Counted from the stretch's first letter, positions 1 to 10,476 are shown. The stretch is DNA of 64,000 nucleotides from Nitrosopumilaceae archaeon (GCA_965200155.1 CBDATR010000010.1:448001-512000); one strand, 5' to 3'. Numbers and translations: made by a program. Notes: generated by a model from the sequence alone, not told the origin.

Positions 1-2
1 AG

Positions 3-1490
3 AAAGTACGCAAGCCAAAGGTAGTGCAGCATCCCATGTCCATGCACAAGCTCACTCTGGCTACTCCGGGGGAGCAGTTTCGGGGAAAGCTTCTAAAGTT
101 TCAGAAAAAGGGACTGGACTTTCTAATCAAGTCCAACGGCAATGCACTGCTGGCCGACGAGATGGGTTTGGGCAAGACCGTTCAGTCATTGGCATATGTG
201 GCCACCGAGAAGAGGGCCTTTCCGGTTCTGGTTGTGGCGCCCTTGGTGACCCTGAACAACTGGCAGCGCGAGATAGACAAGTTCCTGAAGCGAAAAAGCC
301 GAAATGGCAGAATAATGACAAACCAGACCCCCACATCCACCATAATACGCACTGGCCGCCGACAAGAATTGCCAAAATCTGACTTTTACATAATTAATTA
401 TGATCTTCTACATAAACGCCAGAAGGACATAGGCAAGCTGGATATACGTACTATAATATGCGACGAGGTGCATAACCTGCGTTCCATTAAGACAAAGAAG
501 TATGCAGCAATCAAGTATCTGGCTGCATTGCCTTCGGTGACTCGAAGGCTTGGACTCTCAGGCACGCCCATATACAACCGGGGCTCAGAGATCTGGCCAA
601 TTGTAGACATACTAAGGCCCGGTATGCTTGGAAGCTATGCGGAGTTCTGTGAATATTTCTGCTACATCAACGACAAGGGAAAGGCTATCGTATTGGAGAA
701 CAAGCGTGAGGGTCTCCGGCGGCAATTACAGGAACATGTCATGTTGCGCAGAAAAAAGTCCGACGTTCTAAAGGAGCTGAAAGAGAAAGTACGGTACAAG
801 GAGGTTATAGATGCAGATACCGGATACTATCAGGGTGAGCTGGCGCGTATACATGAGTCTATGGAACAGGAGCAGAGGGAGGCCAAAACCAAGTTTAACA
901 TATCTGCATCCTATCAGCGTGCTATACAAAGCGAGAGGCTGGCAGCGGGCATGTCCAAGATACCTACCGTTACCAATTTTGTTCGAAACATAATGGAGAT
1001 AGAGGAGAGTGTGGTGGTCTTTTGTCATCACAAGGCTATACACCGCCTCTTACACGAAAACCTGCAGGAGTTCTCGCCTGCATCTATAATAGGCGGGCAA
1101 ACCGATAACGTGCGCCAGGACAACATAGACCGCTTCCAGAGTGGCTCCACCAAGATGATGATTGCTGGCCTGCGGGCGGGCAATGTGGGGATAAATCTGA
1201 GCCGTGCCAAGTATGTCGTATTTGCAGAGTTGGACTGGAGCCCTGCTATTCATCAACAAGCCGAGGATCGGCTACATCGCATAGGTCAGAAAGAGACTGT
1301 ATTTGCGTATTATCTTATAGGTAATGGTACACTGGACGACCATGTGGCCAACGTCCTGGTTGACAAGGGTTACGAGATAGATCCCATACTGGATGACACA
1401 AAGGAAGTATACGAGAATGGTGAAAAAGCTCAGCTAATACTGGCGCAGATACGTGACAAGATAGGGCAGTCTACAGATTCTTCAGCCTAG
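3..1490 (+). CDS. SNF2/HARP-like DEAD/DEAH helicase (5' end lies outside the window)
   Basis: LADEMGLGKT Walker A, DEVH, SGTP and QAEDRLHRIGQ motifs; frame is open back to the window start. Confidence 0.9.
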   Translation, partial: KVRKPKVVQHPMSMHKLTLATPGEQFRGKLLKFQKKGLDFLIKSNGNALLADEMGLGKTVQSLAYVATEKRAFPVLVVAPLVTLNNWQREIDKFLKRKSRNGRIMTNQTPTSTIIRTGRRQELPKSDFYIINYDLLHKRQKDIGKLDIRTIICDEVHNLRSIKTKKYAAIKYLAALPSVTRRLGLSGTPIYNRGSEIWPIVDILRPGMLGSYAEFCEYFCYINDKGKAIVLENKREGLRRQLQEHVMLRRKKSDVLKELKEKVRYKEVIDADTGYYQGELARIHESMEQEQREAKTKFNISASYQRAIQSERLAAGMSKIPTVTNFVRNIMEIEESVVVFCHHKAIHRLLHENLQEFSPASIIGGQTDNVRQDNIDRFQSGSTKMMIAGLRAGNVGINLSRAKYVVFAELDWSPAIHQQAEDRLHRIGQKETVFAYYLIGNGTLDDHVANVLVDKGYEIDPILDDTKEVYENGEKAQLILAQIRDKIGQSTDSSA

Positions 1491-1992
1491 TTATAATGTC
1501 CTGTTTCTTCTGGGGATCTATATCTAGGGATTCTATATCCTTGATTATGCCATTTATCGCAGTCGGTGAAGCATCAAGTGTCTCTCGTCCAGCATGGGTG
1601 GTCTGGTAAACGCGCTGGACGCGATCAGTCCGCAGTGGATATGATACCACGTGACCCTCTTTTTGCAGTGTGTCCAAAGTATCCTGTACCTTGTCCTCTT
1701 CTAGGGTCATACACGCCGCAGTCTGGTACAGGGTCAGCGGCTGCACATCCAGTAACCGCAACAGGCGTGTACTTGTTGGCGTCTCCTCGCCCCATAGGTA
1801 ATTCCGGGCATCCTCGGTCAGCTCAAAGTGTTCTCCGCATCGAACTATAACATGTCTCTCCAGCATTGATGCTAGTTGGTCCATTATGCGCCCGGTGCTC
1901 ATCTTGGACAGATTTGACTGTGCAATGGCGTGCTCGTCAAGCTTGCCCTGTATGGCTAACAGGACAAAATCCAAATCTCCCTTTACCAGCAT
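1471..1992 (-). CDS. Hypothetical protein, probably winged-helix-like
   Basis: 173-aa ORF converging on the helicase, with two wHTH-like segments. Confidence 0.55.
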   Translation of the reverse strand: MLVKGDLDFVLLAIQGKLDEHAIAQSNLSKMSTGRIMDQLASMLERHVIVRCGEHFELTEDARNYLWGEETPTSTRLLRLLDVQPLTLYQTAACMTLEEDKVQDTLDTLQKEGHVVSYPLRTDRVQRVYQTTHAGRETLDASPTAINGIIKDIESLDIDPQKKQDIITRLKNL

Positions 1993-2061
1993 GTTTTTGT
2001 ATATTTGTGACTGTTATAAATTGCCTGCATTACGATTCCACTCTGCTCAGGTAAACAACAC

Positions 2062-2475
2062 TTAGTTTACCGAAATTACGGTAAATTTTTTCACGTCCAG
2101 GGCGTTCTGCGAATACAAGCCATCCCACAGAAAGACATCCACCGTGTATGTACCTGGTGCATGGGGTGTCCAGGAGACTGCAATGTCCAGCTGCTGACCT
2201 GTGTCCACCTCGCCACCAAACCATTTCAGTAATACTATGGTGTCATTATGATCAGTTACCTGCACTATGTACACAAATTCCTGACTGGGGGATGTATCAT
2301 TAGATATGGTGGATGATATGTAGATCTTTTGGTTGGCGTTAACGTGATCTATTATGGGTACCCCGATGGCGTCCACCAGTATTGGCGATGCCATCTCCGC
2401 ACCATACGCAATGGCGCCTCCCAACACGAATATGGATAATATGGCTATTTGTATCAACATAAGCGGGGTATACAT
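2062..2475 (-). CDS. Exported hypothetical protein (signal peptide plus Ig-like beta domain)
   Basis: Hydrophobic N-terminus; C-terminal SWTPHAPGTYTVDVFLW motif typical of thaumarchaeal exported proteins; start uncertain. Confidence 0.65.
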   Translation of the reverse strand: MYTPLMLIQIAILSIFVLGGAIAYGAEMASPILVDAIGVPIIDHVNANQKIYISSTISNDTSPSQEFVYIVQVTDHNDTIVLLKWFGGEVDTGQQLDIAVSWTPHAPGTYTVDVFLWDGLYSQNALDVKKFTVISVN

Positions 2476-2619
2476 GTGCCACATAATATGTCTGATGGGT
2501 ATTGATACTGTGTGATTTGCAACCTGATCGTGGAATATTATATCAATGCATGCCTGCACCAGTTATCTGGGTCGATTACAAACAACATTTATGACATGTC
2601 TGTACGTTGAATCAGAATA

Positions 2620-3381
2620 ATGTCGCTCATATTAGTGGATGTCCAGGATGGAATTTGTACTGTAACAATCAACCGACCGGACAAACTTAATGCAATGAAC
2701 ACTGATGTAGCGCGGGAATTAATTGCGACCTTTGAGAAGGCTGGTGCAGATGATAGTATTCGCGTAATAATTCTGACCGGTCAGGGTAACAGAGCATTCT
2801 CTGCCGGGGCGGACATCAAATACATGTCTACCATAAGTCCCGAGGAGTCTGTAACATATGCTAAACTGGGTCAGCTTGTGACTAACACTATCGAACAAGT
2901 ACCCCAGCCTACCATTGCAGCGGTAAACGGTTTTGCACTGGGCGGTGGTTGCGAAGTGGCCATGTCCTGTGACATACGTATAGGTTCAGAAAAGGCAAAA
3001 CTAGGCCAGCCTGAGGTAACCATTGGAATACCTCCAGGATGGGGTGGTACCCAAAGACTCATGAGAATAGTGGGAATTGCCAAAGCCAAAGAGTTGGTGT
3101 ATACCGGCAAGACGATTGCTGCACAAGAGGCCTTGAGTATAGGACTGCTTAACGGGGTTGTACCACCAGATTCACTGATGGATGAGGTCAAAAAAATGGC
3201 TCAGATCATAATCGCAAACTCATCTATGGGTGTGCAAATGTCCAAAGTTGCCATAAATCGCGGACGTAACACTGATCTTGACACAGGCTTGTCCATTGAG
3301 CTGCTGGCTTGGCGTAACTGCTTTACGCATTCGGATCGAGAGACCATGATGAATGCGTTTCTGCAACGATCCAAAAAGTAA
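2620..3381 (+). CDS. 3-hydroxypropionyl-CoA dehydratase / crotonyl-CoA hydratase (crotonase family, 3HP/4HB cycle)
   Basis: [18 protein letters not shown] and GQPEVTIG motifs; closely resembles the Nitrosopumilus enzyme as recalled. Confidence 0.9.
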   Translation: MSLILVDVQDGICTVTINRPDKLNAMNTDVARELIATFEKAGADDSIRVIILTGQGNRAFSAGADIKYMSTISPEESVTYAKLGQLVTNTIEQVPQPTIAAVNGFALGGGCEVAMSCDIRIGSEKAKLGQPEVTIGIPPGWGGTQRLMRIVGIAKAKELVYTGKTIAAQEALSIGLLNGVVPPDSLMDEVKKMAQIIIANSSMGVQMSKVAINRGRNTDLDTGLSIELLAWRNCFTHSDRETMMNAFLQRSKK

Positions 3382-3605
3382 GAATTCTTGTCAGGTTTTT
3401 TTCATAATATGGCCGTCGCTATGTGTACCGGTATACTTTCACGTCTTGCAGGCACGATCATAATCTCGTACGCGTATTTTTGATCCGGTGAACTATTGCA
3501 TACTATTCTGAGTCCAAATTGGACGCGCATAAGCTAAGGAGAACGGTATGCTCTGGACCAATATCTAGAACAACACTTTTAGCCAAAAAATACGCAGTGT
3601 TATTG

Positions 3606-4295
3606 TTGGCAACAAAGTGGCTAAAACAGTATGGAATACCCGGCAAACTCATTGTGGTGGAAGGTATAGATGGCTCCGGTAAGTCTACCCAGCTTCGATT
3701 GCTGGAAAAATGGCTTCGCTTCAACAAATTGGATGTATTTCTGACCGAGTGGAACTCGTCGTTTATGGTTAAATCCATAACCTCCAAGGCCAAAAAGAAA
3801 ACCACCCTTACCCCTACAACCTTCAGTCTATTACATGCCACTGATTTTGCAGATCGCTTTGAGCGCAACATAATGCCGCTTCTCCGAGCAGGTTACTTTG
3901 TTCTGGCAGATAGGTACGTCTATACCGCGTATGCGAGAGATGTAACTAGGGGTTGTAGGCCGACATGGGTGCGTAAGGTGTATGACTTTGCATTAAAACC
4001 TGATATTGCATTCTACTTTCGCGTTCCCATAGACGTATCAATGGAGCGTATACTGACTGGCAGACCCAAGCTCAAGTATTATGAGGCTGGCATGGATCTG
4101 GGCCTGAGTAAGAGCGAATATGAGAGCTACCGTATATTTCAAAGTAGAATAATACACCAGTATGAACTAATGCGGGAAAGGGAAAATTTTGTAATTATTG
4201 ATGCAGCCCTTGACATAAAAAAACAGCAAAACATTATGCGTGATATAGTAAAACAAATAGTAAATGTGAAAACGCTGGATGAGGAGGAAGTGTAA
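3606..4295 (+). CDS. Thymidylate kinase-like protein 1 (possible PPK3 catalytic subunit)
   Basis: Intact P-loop EGIDGSGKST and LADRY motif; start probably a TTG near 3603-3606. Confidence 0.85.
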   Translation: MATKWLKQYGIPGKLIVVEGIDGSGKSTQLRLLEKWLRFNKLDVFLTEWNSSFMVKSITSKAKKKTTLTPTTFSLLHATDFADRFERNIMPLLRAGYFVLADRYVYTAYARDVTRGCRPTWVRKVYDFALKPDIAFYFRVPIDVSMERILTGRPKLKYYEAGMDLGLSKSEYESYRIFQSRIIHQYELMRERENFVIIDAALDIKKQQNIMRDIVKQIVNVKTLDEEEV

Positions 4296-4990
4296 TGTCA
4301 AATTCCCGTGTGCCAAAGTGGTATGGCCAAAGCATACATGATATCAAGATAAATGGCAGGCTCATAGTGATTGAGGGTCCTGATGCATCAGGCCGCAGCT
4401 CACAAATTGAAAGACTGACCACCCGCTTGGAGGCAGACGGTTTTGCGGTACTGAACACCGGCCTGAAACGTTCTGCACTGATTGGCGCTGGCATCCTGGA
4501 AGCCAAGCGTAACATAACATTGGGTAAGCGTACCATTGCTTTATTCTACGCTGCGGACTTTGCGGATCAGCTGGAGCACAAGATAATCCCTGCCTTGCAA
4601 GCCGGTTACGTGGTATTGGCGGATCGTTATATCTACACCCTGATAGCCCGCAACACAATACGCGGCATACGTCGCCTGTGGTCCTCCAACTTGTATGGCT
4701 TCGCCTTGGTACCGGATCTGGTGTTTTATCTTGATGTGGATCCATTCAAGCTGGTTCATAGGGTCTTTGAGAAACACAAGCAGCTGGATTATTATGAATC
4801 CGGCGCCGATATGGGACTCTCAGATGATATGTTTGAATCATTCATAATGTACCAGCAAAAATTGGCTCAGGAGTTTAAGGCACTAAAGAAAAAGTATGGT
4901 CTCGTATCAGTAGATGGTAATAGATCATCAGATCAGGTCTACGAGACTTTGGAAGAGCGTATACGCGAATATTTGGCGCAAGACCGATAA
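4295..4990 (+). CDS. Thymidylate kinase-like protein 2 (degenerate P-loop; possible PPK3 regulatory subunit)
   Basis: EGPDASGRSS and LADRY; TAATG overlap with the preceding gene. Confidence 0.85.
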   Translation: MSNSRVPKWYGQSIHDIKINGRLIVIEGPDASGRSSQIERLTTRLEADGFAVLNTGLKRSALIGAGILEAKRNITLGKRTIALFYAADFADQLEHKIIPALQAGYVVLADRYIYTLIARNTIRGIRRLWSSNLYGFALVPDLVFYLDVDPFKLVHRVFEKHKQLDYYESGADMGLSDDMFESFIMYQQKLAQEFKALKKKYGLVSVDGNRSSDQVYETLEERIREYLAQDR

Positions 4991-5053
4991 CTGCGCATGT
5001 GTCTGGATTTTATAACATCCGCGTAAATCATTGTAATTTATTCTTAAAAATTT

Positions 5054-5145
5054 GTATGAGTTCACCTGTGTCTAAATTTACGCACAACTGATCGCGACAG
5101 TTAATGTGATTTGTGCACAAGATTCCGGAAGACGTGAACTCATAC
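5054..5145 (-). mobile_element. MITE-1 (IS66-type, 92 bp)
   Basis: TIR GTATGAGTTCAC; 8-bp TSD AAAAATTT. Confidence 0.95.
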
Positions 5146-5347
5146 AAAAATTTGGCTCAATGAGTGCATTGTATTATTGGTGAAGTTTATACAAAAAATT
5201 GAATTTTTATGTTCTAATTACATGGCGTCTGCATTAGTGTGGACTTCTGGTTTCGCTGTATATGAAACAGTGTTGTATAAGCGCAAAAACTCGGCTATAC
5301 TCAAATTACAATAACAATTAAAACCTGATGTTAGCTAATACATGCTA

Positions 5348-5421
5348 GGGCCCGTAACTCAGCTTGGTAGAGTAACCGACTCATAATCGGTGAGCCGCGG
5401 GATCGAAGCCCACCGGGCCCA
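5348..5421 (+). tRNA. tRNA with CAT anticodon, probably tRNA-Ile2
   Basis: GGGCCCG/CGGGCCC acceptor stem; ACCGA-CTCATAA-TCGGT anticodon arm; GGGCCC start is typical of archaeal Ile2. Confidence 0.9.
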
Positions 5422-5524
5422 CTACAATATTTTAAATCACGACATACACTGCAATGTGTGGCAGCAATGAGGAATCAGAGTTATACCTGATATGTGATGA
5501 GAAGGCATTTGACTGAGCTGCCAA

Positions 5525-6157
5525 TTACCAACGTGGTTCGTATACCATGACCACTTTGCCGTCTTTTATGGTAAATCCCATGGTGGCCAGCGTGGTTCTA
5601 GACGTGGAACTATTGCGCTCTAGTATTTTTTGCGCTATCTCTTTCCGTAATTTTGAATTCATATGTTGCCCTATCTTGTATTTGCCCCTTATCTCTGATG
5701 GTATGAGCTTGATCACTGCGGTGTGTTTTAGCGCTTCATCGCCCTGTTGCATGGGTGCATAGCCTCCCTCAGGCTGATACTTGGTCATTAGCCCATTGAG
5801 TGCAAGGCACTTCTCTGTTTCATCTTCCACCAAGTATGCCTGCCCCTTCATAACCACGCTAACATAAAGCGTGTCTGCCACGGAGGCATCAGTTGGATGA
5901 GTGAAGTATGATGGCAGAAACTCTAACTCCTGATCAACCTCGAAACCTGCCAAGGGACTGCGCTTCATATTGTCCAGCTTCTCGCCTCTTGTGTGTGAGT
6001 GCATGTATATGATACCGCCTAGAAAAGCGTAATTCATTGGTATTATTTGAGGAAAACCATTTTTGTCTATGGTGGCAATGCGGCCAACGTGCTGTGTCTC
6101 CAAAAACTCGGCAATTATACGGGATGATTTCATCTCCAGCTTGCCAAGCAGTTGCAT
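5525..6157 (-). CDS. Pyridoxamine 5'-phosphate oxidase-family flavin/F420-binding protein
   Basis: GRIATIDKNGFPQIIPMNY and IYMHSHTRGEKLDN split-barrel motifs. Confidence 0.8.
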   Translation of the reverse strand: MQLLGKLEMKSSRIIAEFLETQHVGRIATIDKNGFPQIIPMNYAFLGGIIYMHSHTRGEKLDNMKRSPLAGFEVDQELEFLPSYFTHPTDASVADTLYVSVVMKGQAYLVEDETEKCLALNGLMTKYQPEGGYAPMQQGDEALKHTAVIKLIPSEIRGKYKIGQHMNSKLRKEIAQKILERNSSTSRTTLATMGFTIKDGKVVMVYEPRW

Positions 6158-6179
6158 ACTTTGGATAATATGATCTTGT

Positions 6180-6413
6180 CTATAAACTGTCTTTATGGGT
6201 ATTTTGTCGCCAAGCAAAACTGTCTTCCGCTAGCCGTATGCGACTTGACTCCGCAGCGTCTTCTACCATGTCGTACAAGTTATGGAGACTTGCAGGTTTT
6301 ATTGCCTCTTCTTCTCTAATACACAATTGAATGTCTTGCAACGTGTTTATGGCATTGTCAACTATGTGGTTAGTCTCGGCCATGAGATCGGCCCAGTCAT
6401 GTTTGCCCATCAC
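6180..6413 (-). CDS. Small hypothetical protein
   Basis: 77-aa ORF overlapping the stop of the LLM gene (ATGA). Confidence 0.5.
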   Translation of the reverse strand: MMGKHDWADLMAETNHIVDNAINTLQDIQLCIREEEAIKPASLHNLYDMVEDAAESSRIRLAEDSFAWRQNTHKDSL

Positions 6414-7573
6414 TTTGCTGTCTGTTCATGGAGGTATGGCATTACGTGATTTGCAAACTTGTCTATGGATCCCAGATACTCCTTGCCCCAGAATCTAATG
6501 ACAAAGTGTGTAACGCCAGCCTTTAGGAATCTCTCAAAGGTGGGTATGATATCATCTGGTGTGCCTATGGCGGTAGAGGAGCGTGCTATTGAATCGGGCA
6601 GCTTTGTTGCCGCCTCTCTCATGCGTACTATCCAATCAGAGTCTGACATGGAATACTCGGTAAAGTATTTTCTAAAGTCGAAACCCTCTATCTGTTTCAG
6701 GTTATGTACCCGTAGAATCTCTGGCTTAAACAGGCTTACCTTTACCGCTTCCTTCATCTTTGCCCATGATAGCTCAGCATCTTCGGAAAAGTAAACGTCA
6801 ATGTCCAGTGCCCATTCGAACCGTTCTCTCTCCTCTTTGGGACGGTCGTTCTTGTCCATTGATGCCACTATTTGTTGGCGATGATCCTCGAAGAGTTCTG
6901 GCGTATACCCTATGGGCAGCCACCCATCTCCAAGCTTACCTGTCATTGCCAGTGTGCGCTTTCCTCCCGCTGCCATGTAGGTGGGTATACGAGGCTTGCG
7001 TATTGGTGGTGCTTGCAGGCATGCTGATCGCAGTTGGTAAAACTTGCCTTCATAGTCTACAGTATTATCCGGATTTGAATTATACAATTCATGAATCACC
7101 TCTATCTGCTCTTCCCATTTACTGACAGGACTAACAAATGGTATGCAGAACTCCTTGAGGTTCTGAGCCTCGCCTGCACCTATGCCCAGTATGGCTCGAC
7201 CTTCCGAGATTCTATCTAGCGTAATGGCTGCTAGTGCTATGTTGGATGGGTGCCTACGTATGGCATCTGTAACACAGGTGCCTAGCTCCACGTTCTTTGT
7301 TAGCGCTGCAATTGCTGACAACATGACCCATGGATCCAACACGATGGCCTTCTTCCACTGGGGAACGTTTGTGTGATCCATGTAGAATATGGAGTCGTAC
7401 CCCGTCTTGTCGGCTAACATACACGCGGTCAATATGCGCTCTTCGTTGTAACCTGCACGAGCTACATTAAGTCCATTCTGTATGCCAAATTTTATTTTTT
7501 TAGACGCCAACGTATTGAAGCAGTGTATACTGTATTTAAAAAGCTTCTTTGTGTCTGCTAATTTCTCATACAC
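6410..7573 (-). CDS. LLM-class (F420-dependent) oxidoreductase
   Basis: GYDSIFYMDH, LDPWVMLSAIAA, LGTCVT and GRAILGIGAG motifs. Confidence 0.9.
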   Translation of the reverse strand: MYEKLADTKKLFKYSIHCFNTLASKKIKFGIQNGLNVARAGYNEERILTACMLADKTGYDSIFYMDHTNVPQWKKAIVLDPWVMLSAIAALTKNVELGTCVTDAIRRHPSNIALAAITLDRISEGRAILGIGAGEAQNLKEFCIPFVSPVSKWEEQIEVIHELYNSNPDNTVDYEGKFYQLRSACLQAPPIRKPRIPTYMAAGGKRTLAMTGKLGDGWLPIGYTPELFEDHRQQIVASMDKNDRPKEERERFEWALDIDVYFSEDAELSWAKMKEAVKVSLFKPEILRVHNLKQIEGFDFRKYFTEYSMSDSDWIVRMREAATKLPDSIARSSTAIGTPDDIIPTFERFLKAGVTHFVIRFWGKEYLGSIDKFANHVMPYLHEQTAK

Positions 7574-7765
7574 TCTACAAAATGGGTCTATCGGGATATT
7601 GACGGTAACAGAAGGGTGTGTTTGGTAAAGGGGTATTTTATATTACACAAATCAACAAATACAGCAAGGTACTTGTACCAAAAATTCATCCTTTATGTGT
7701 TGGGTGAACTCAGCTATATCTTGGAATATGACGGTTTTCCCCAAGTCTTGGAGAGTAAATTCTTT

Positions 7766-7857
7766 GTATGAGTTCACGTCTTCCGGAATCTTATGCACAA
7801 ATCACATTAACTGTCGCGATCAGTTATGCGTAAATTTAGACACAGGTGAACTCATAC
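7766..7857 (+). mobile_element. MITE-1
   Basis: TSD AATTCTTT. Confidence 0.95.
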
Positions 7858-8053
7858 AATTCTTTCATTATGCTTAAATTTCCACAAATTGGGCCAGGCA
7901 CTGCATGTATATGCTTTGGTTTAGGTAGGCATTCCTGTATTATGTGGTATAAAAAAGTCAAAAATGGATATTCCAGCATTAATACAATTATAATAATCGT
8001 ATCTGTCTACGTTTTTGAAGTGATATTGTATGAGTTCATCTATGTCTAAATTT

Positions 8054-8145
8054 GTATGAGTTCACGTCTTCCGGAATCTTGTGCACAAATCACATTAACT
8101 GTCGCGATCAGTTGTGCGTAAATTTAGACACAGGTGAACTCATAC
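8054..8145 (+). mobile_element. MITE-1 (left end of the composite)
   Basis: Full 92-bp copy. Confidence 0.95.
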
Positions 8146-8380
8146 ACATAGAGTGTACCGCCGGTTTGATGACGGTGGGAAGCACCAGCTGGGCGCATTT
8201 ATTAGACCTTATGCGCATGATTGACAGTAACAGCCCATGTTGCTTCAAACTGGGGTGTATTTTATGGCACACAATCCGTCAAGCATGAACAATGTGAATG
8301 GCACCTGCCAGCACTAACGTATGTCGTGTAGTGGGGTAACCGGATCTTGATGAAGTATATCGGAAGTGAGCTAAACGGTT

Positions 8381-8479
8381 GTATGAGTTCACCTGTGTCT
8401 AAATTTACGCACAACTGATAGAACCGGTTACCAGTTAATGTGATTTGTGCACAAGATTCCGGAAGACATGAACTCATAC
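8381..8479 (-). mobile_element. MITE-1 variant A (99 bp)
   Basis: Centre AGAACCGGTTAC; no TSD, replaces about 11 bp present in the IS5 copy near 63545. Confidence 0.9.
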
Positions 8480-8534
8480 CATTAATTTAGTGGATTTTCT
8501 GATGAGTAATATTCGAATTATAATAACACGGAAA

Positions 8535-9701
8535 TTATGGACAGATATTTTTCAAGAATTTCTTGTACCTGGTATGCTTGTGCATAATGTGTAAATTATG
8601 CAACCCAGATACTACGAGTAGATCTTCCCGGAATTCCTCACGACTGCCATCATATACCTGACTTAATCTACGATATACCTTTAGCATTCGAATTACATTC
8701 TCGATTAATATGCGCCTTTTTGATACATATTGGTTGTATTTCCTTTCAGTTTTAGTGAGTGATTCCCTACCCCTGTATGGAATTATGACCTTTGCGCCGG
8801 GTAGGAAGTCTTTCATACCCTGGTATCCTGCATCTGCTATTACTGTTATCTTATCGGATGGTGGCGTGGTTGATTCTTTTAGGGACTTGCCCCATTTGCC
8901 ACCGAGGGGAATATCATTCTTGAATATACCATAATCGTGTCTTTTTCCCTCATATACTCCACTTACGTGAATTATCAGTCTTTTCTTGTTTGATGTTATC
9001 TGTACGTTATACGTGTGGGTTTTTTGTTTACCAGAGTACATTGCCTCCTGATTTTTTTTAGGACGTTGTACGCGTACATGTGTCCCGTCAGTCTTTATCT
9101 CCCCTCCGGCTCGGCCTGGAACAATTTCCTTAAAGTCGGGTGTTGACTTGATTTGTGATATTGCTTTTGCAACGGTATCTGCCGTTGGAAGTATCTTGAT
9201 CAGTCCCTGCTTTGTAAACTGGATGTAACGGCATATGTTTGACTGGTTTATCTTGAGTATTGCTGCCAGCAGCTCCTGCTTTGTATTGCAGCGCAGGCGT
9301 ATCAGTGTAACTAAGAGTACATGCCTGACCGGAAATTTGTTCACATGGCCGCGATCATTTGTAAGTTCTAAGAATCGCCGTGCATCATCGCCTTCCAGGG
9401 ACTCTACGTATTCTGTGAATCTGGTTAGTATCCATTTGAACTCTTCCGGGGTGCATCCGGTCAGGGAATGAAGCTGATCCTTGCGTTCTATGATGTCATC
9501 AAGATTTGAAACGAGGGCATTCTTTGTTTGAGCTTCAAGTTTGGCGTGCAGGTTTGTTACTTCGGCCTCGGACCTGGTGCGTAGCCGGTAGTACTCTGTG
9601 ACTAACTGCTCCCTGGTGAGTTCTTCTGCTTTTAGCATACCTGGTATTACAAAATTAGGTCTTAACTTTTCTGTTTCACACGAGTCTGTGGGAAAACCCA
9701 T
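8535..9701 (-). CDS. IS5-family DDE transposase, intact
   Basis: SLTG HTH region, TDGT, YSGK, HD, ADAGYQG and RILIENVIRMLKVY motifs. Confidence 0.9.
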   Translation of the reverse strand: MGFPTDSCETEKLRPNFVIPGMLKAEELTREQLVTEYYRLRTRSEAEVTNLHAKLEAQTKNALVSNLDDIIERKDQLHSLTGCTPEEFKWILTRFTEYVESLEGDDARRFLELTNDRGHVNKFPVRHVLLVTLIRLRCNTKQELLAAILKINQSNICRYIQFTKQGLIKILPTADTVAKAISQIKSTPDFKEIVPGRAGGEIKTDGTHVRVQRPKKNQEAMYSGKQKTHTYNVQITSNKKRLIIHVSGVYEGKRHDYGIFKNDIPLGGKWGKSLKESTTPPSDKITVIADAGYQGMKDFLPGAKVIIPYRGRESLTKTERKYNQYVSKRRILIENVIRMLKVYRRLSQVYDGSREEFREDLLVVSGLHNLHIMHKHTRYKKFLKNICP

Positions 9702-10384
9702 GATACTAGGTCAATTGTTCGTATCTAACAACTTGGTTTAGACGTGCAGGGTGGGAGAAGTGATTCTGCGCATACGGTCTATTGCGCGATACCCAGATTG
9801 CAGGATTCTATATTGATCCCGGTGCTCAGGACGCCCGGATCAAACTTGACAACGATTTGATCCGGAGCGCATGTGAATCGCTGTGGGCCGTCCGCGCAAA
9901 TTGAGGCAGGAGCAGAATCCATTCTACATTAATGATACTGAACTACAGAAGGGATTGAATAAAGGCATGTTCGTATTCCTATATGTGGAGCCCACCAATA
10001 GAGCAGTGGAACCGGTTCTGATACGCAGTGGTATTCCGGAAACATTAGTGGTTAGATAAAGGGTGTAATGCGCCGCATGTCCATATGTGTTCAGACATGG
10101 GGGGCTCAGGGCCTTTCTGTAATGAACGAGGTTGCTGCCAGAATGCAATTATAATTAAAAAACTTGGATGCATTCTATCTTATTATGTGATCAAAACACG
10201 TGAACTCATACCTAAATTTACGCACGACTGGTAGCCGCGGTTAAATGTTTGAGAACGTGGTTGGGGAATACATGATCTCATACAGTCACTTGAGGGTGAG
10301 CAGGGCTTCCGTACTGGAATATGCACAAGACATGCAGTATAAGGAACATGGATTTCTATCACTACCGCGATATACTACGAATCC

Positions 10385-10476
10385 GTATGAGTTCACGTCT
10401 TCCGGAATCTTATGCACAAATCACATTAACTGTCGCGATCAGTTATGCGTAAATTTAGACACAGGTGAGCTCATAC
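10385..10476 (+). mobile_element. MITE-1
   Basis: TSD ACGAATCC. Confidence 0.95.

Larger units (their letters stand above)
8204..9780 (-). mobile_element. IS5-family (ISL2/Harbinger-like) insertion sequence, complete
   Basis: TIR AGACC(T/G)TATGCGCA at both ends; 3-bp TSD ATT splitting IS66 coding sequence GCATTT-ATT-GCGCGAT. Confidence 0.9.
8054..10211. mobile_element. Composite element (MITE-1 + decayed IS66 3' half + nested IS5) inserted into an older MITE
   Basis: CTAAATTT at 8046-8053 and 10212-10219; halves of an older MITE lie outside these. Confidence 0.8.

Noticed and set aside
3-1490. SNF2 helicase as part of a defence system
   Set aside because: The visible neighbours are housekeeping genes with no methylase or nuclease partners; upstream context is outside the window.
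5348-5421. tRNA as an integration site of an island
   Set aside because: No duplicated tRNA 3' end or integrase was seen in the window.
7695-8477. Small ORFs containing YEFTSSGILCTNHINCRDQLCVNLDTGELI or MSSRLPES (also at 10245, 19113, 22821, 23169, 46052, 47830, 49561)
   Set aside because: These are read-through of stop-free MITE frames. An insertion adds 100 bp (a frameshift), so there is no evidence of domesticated peptide modules.
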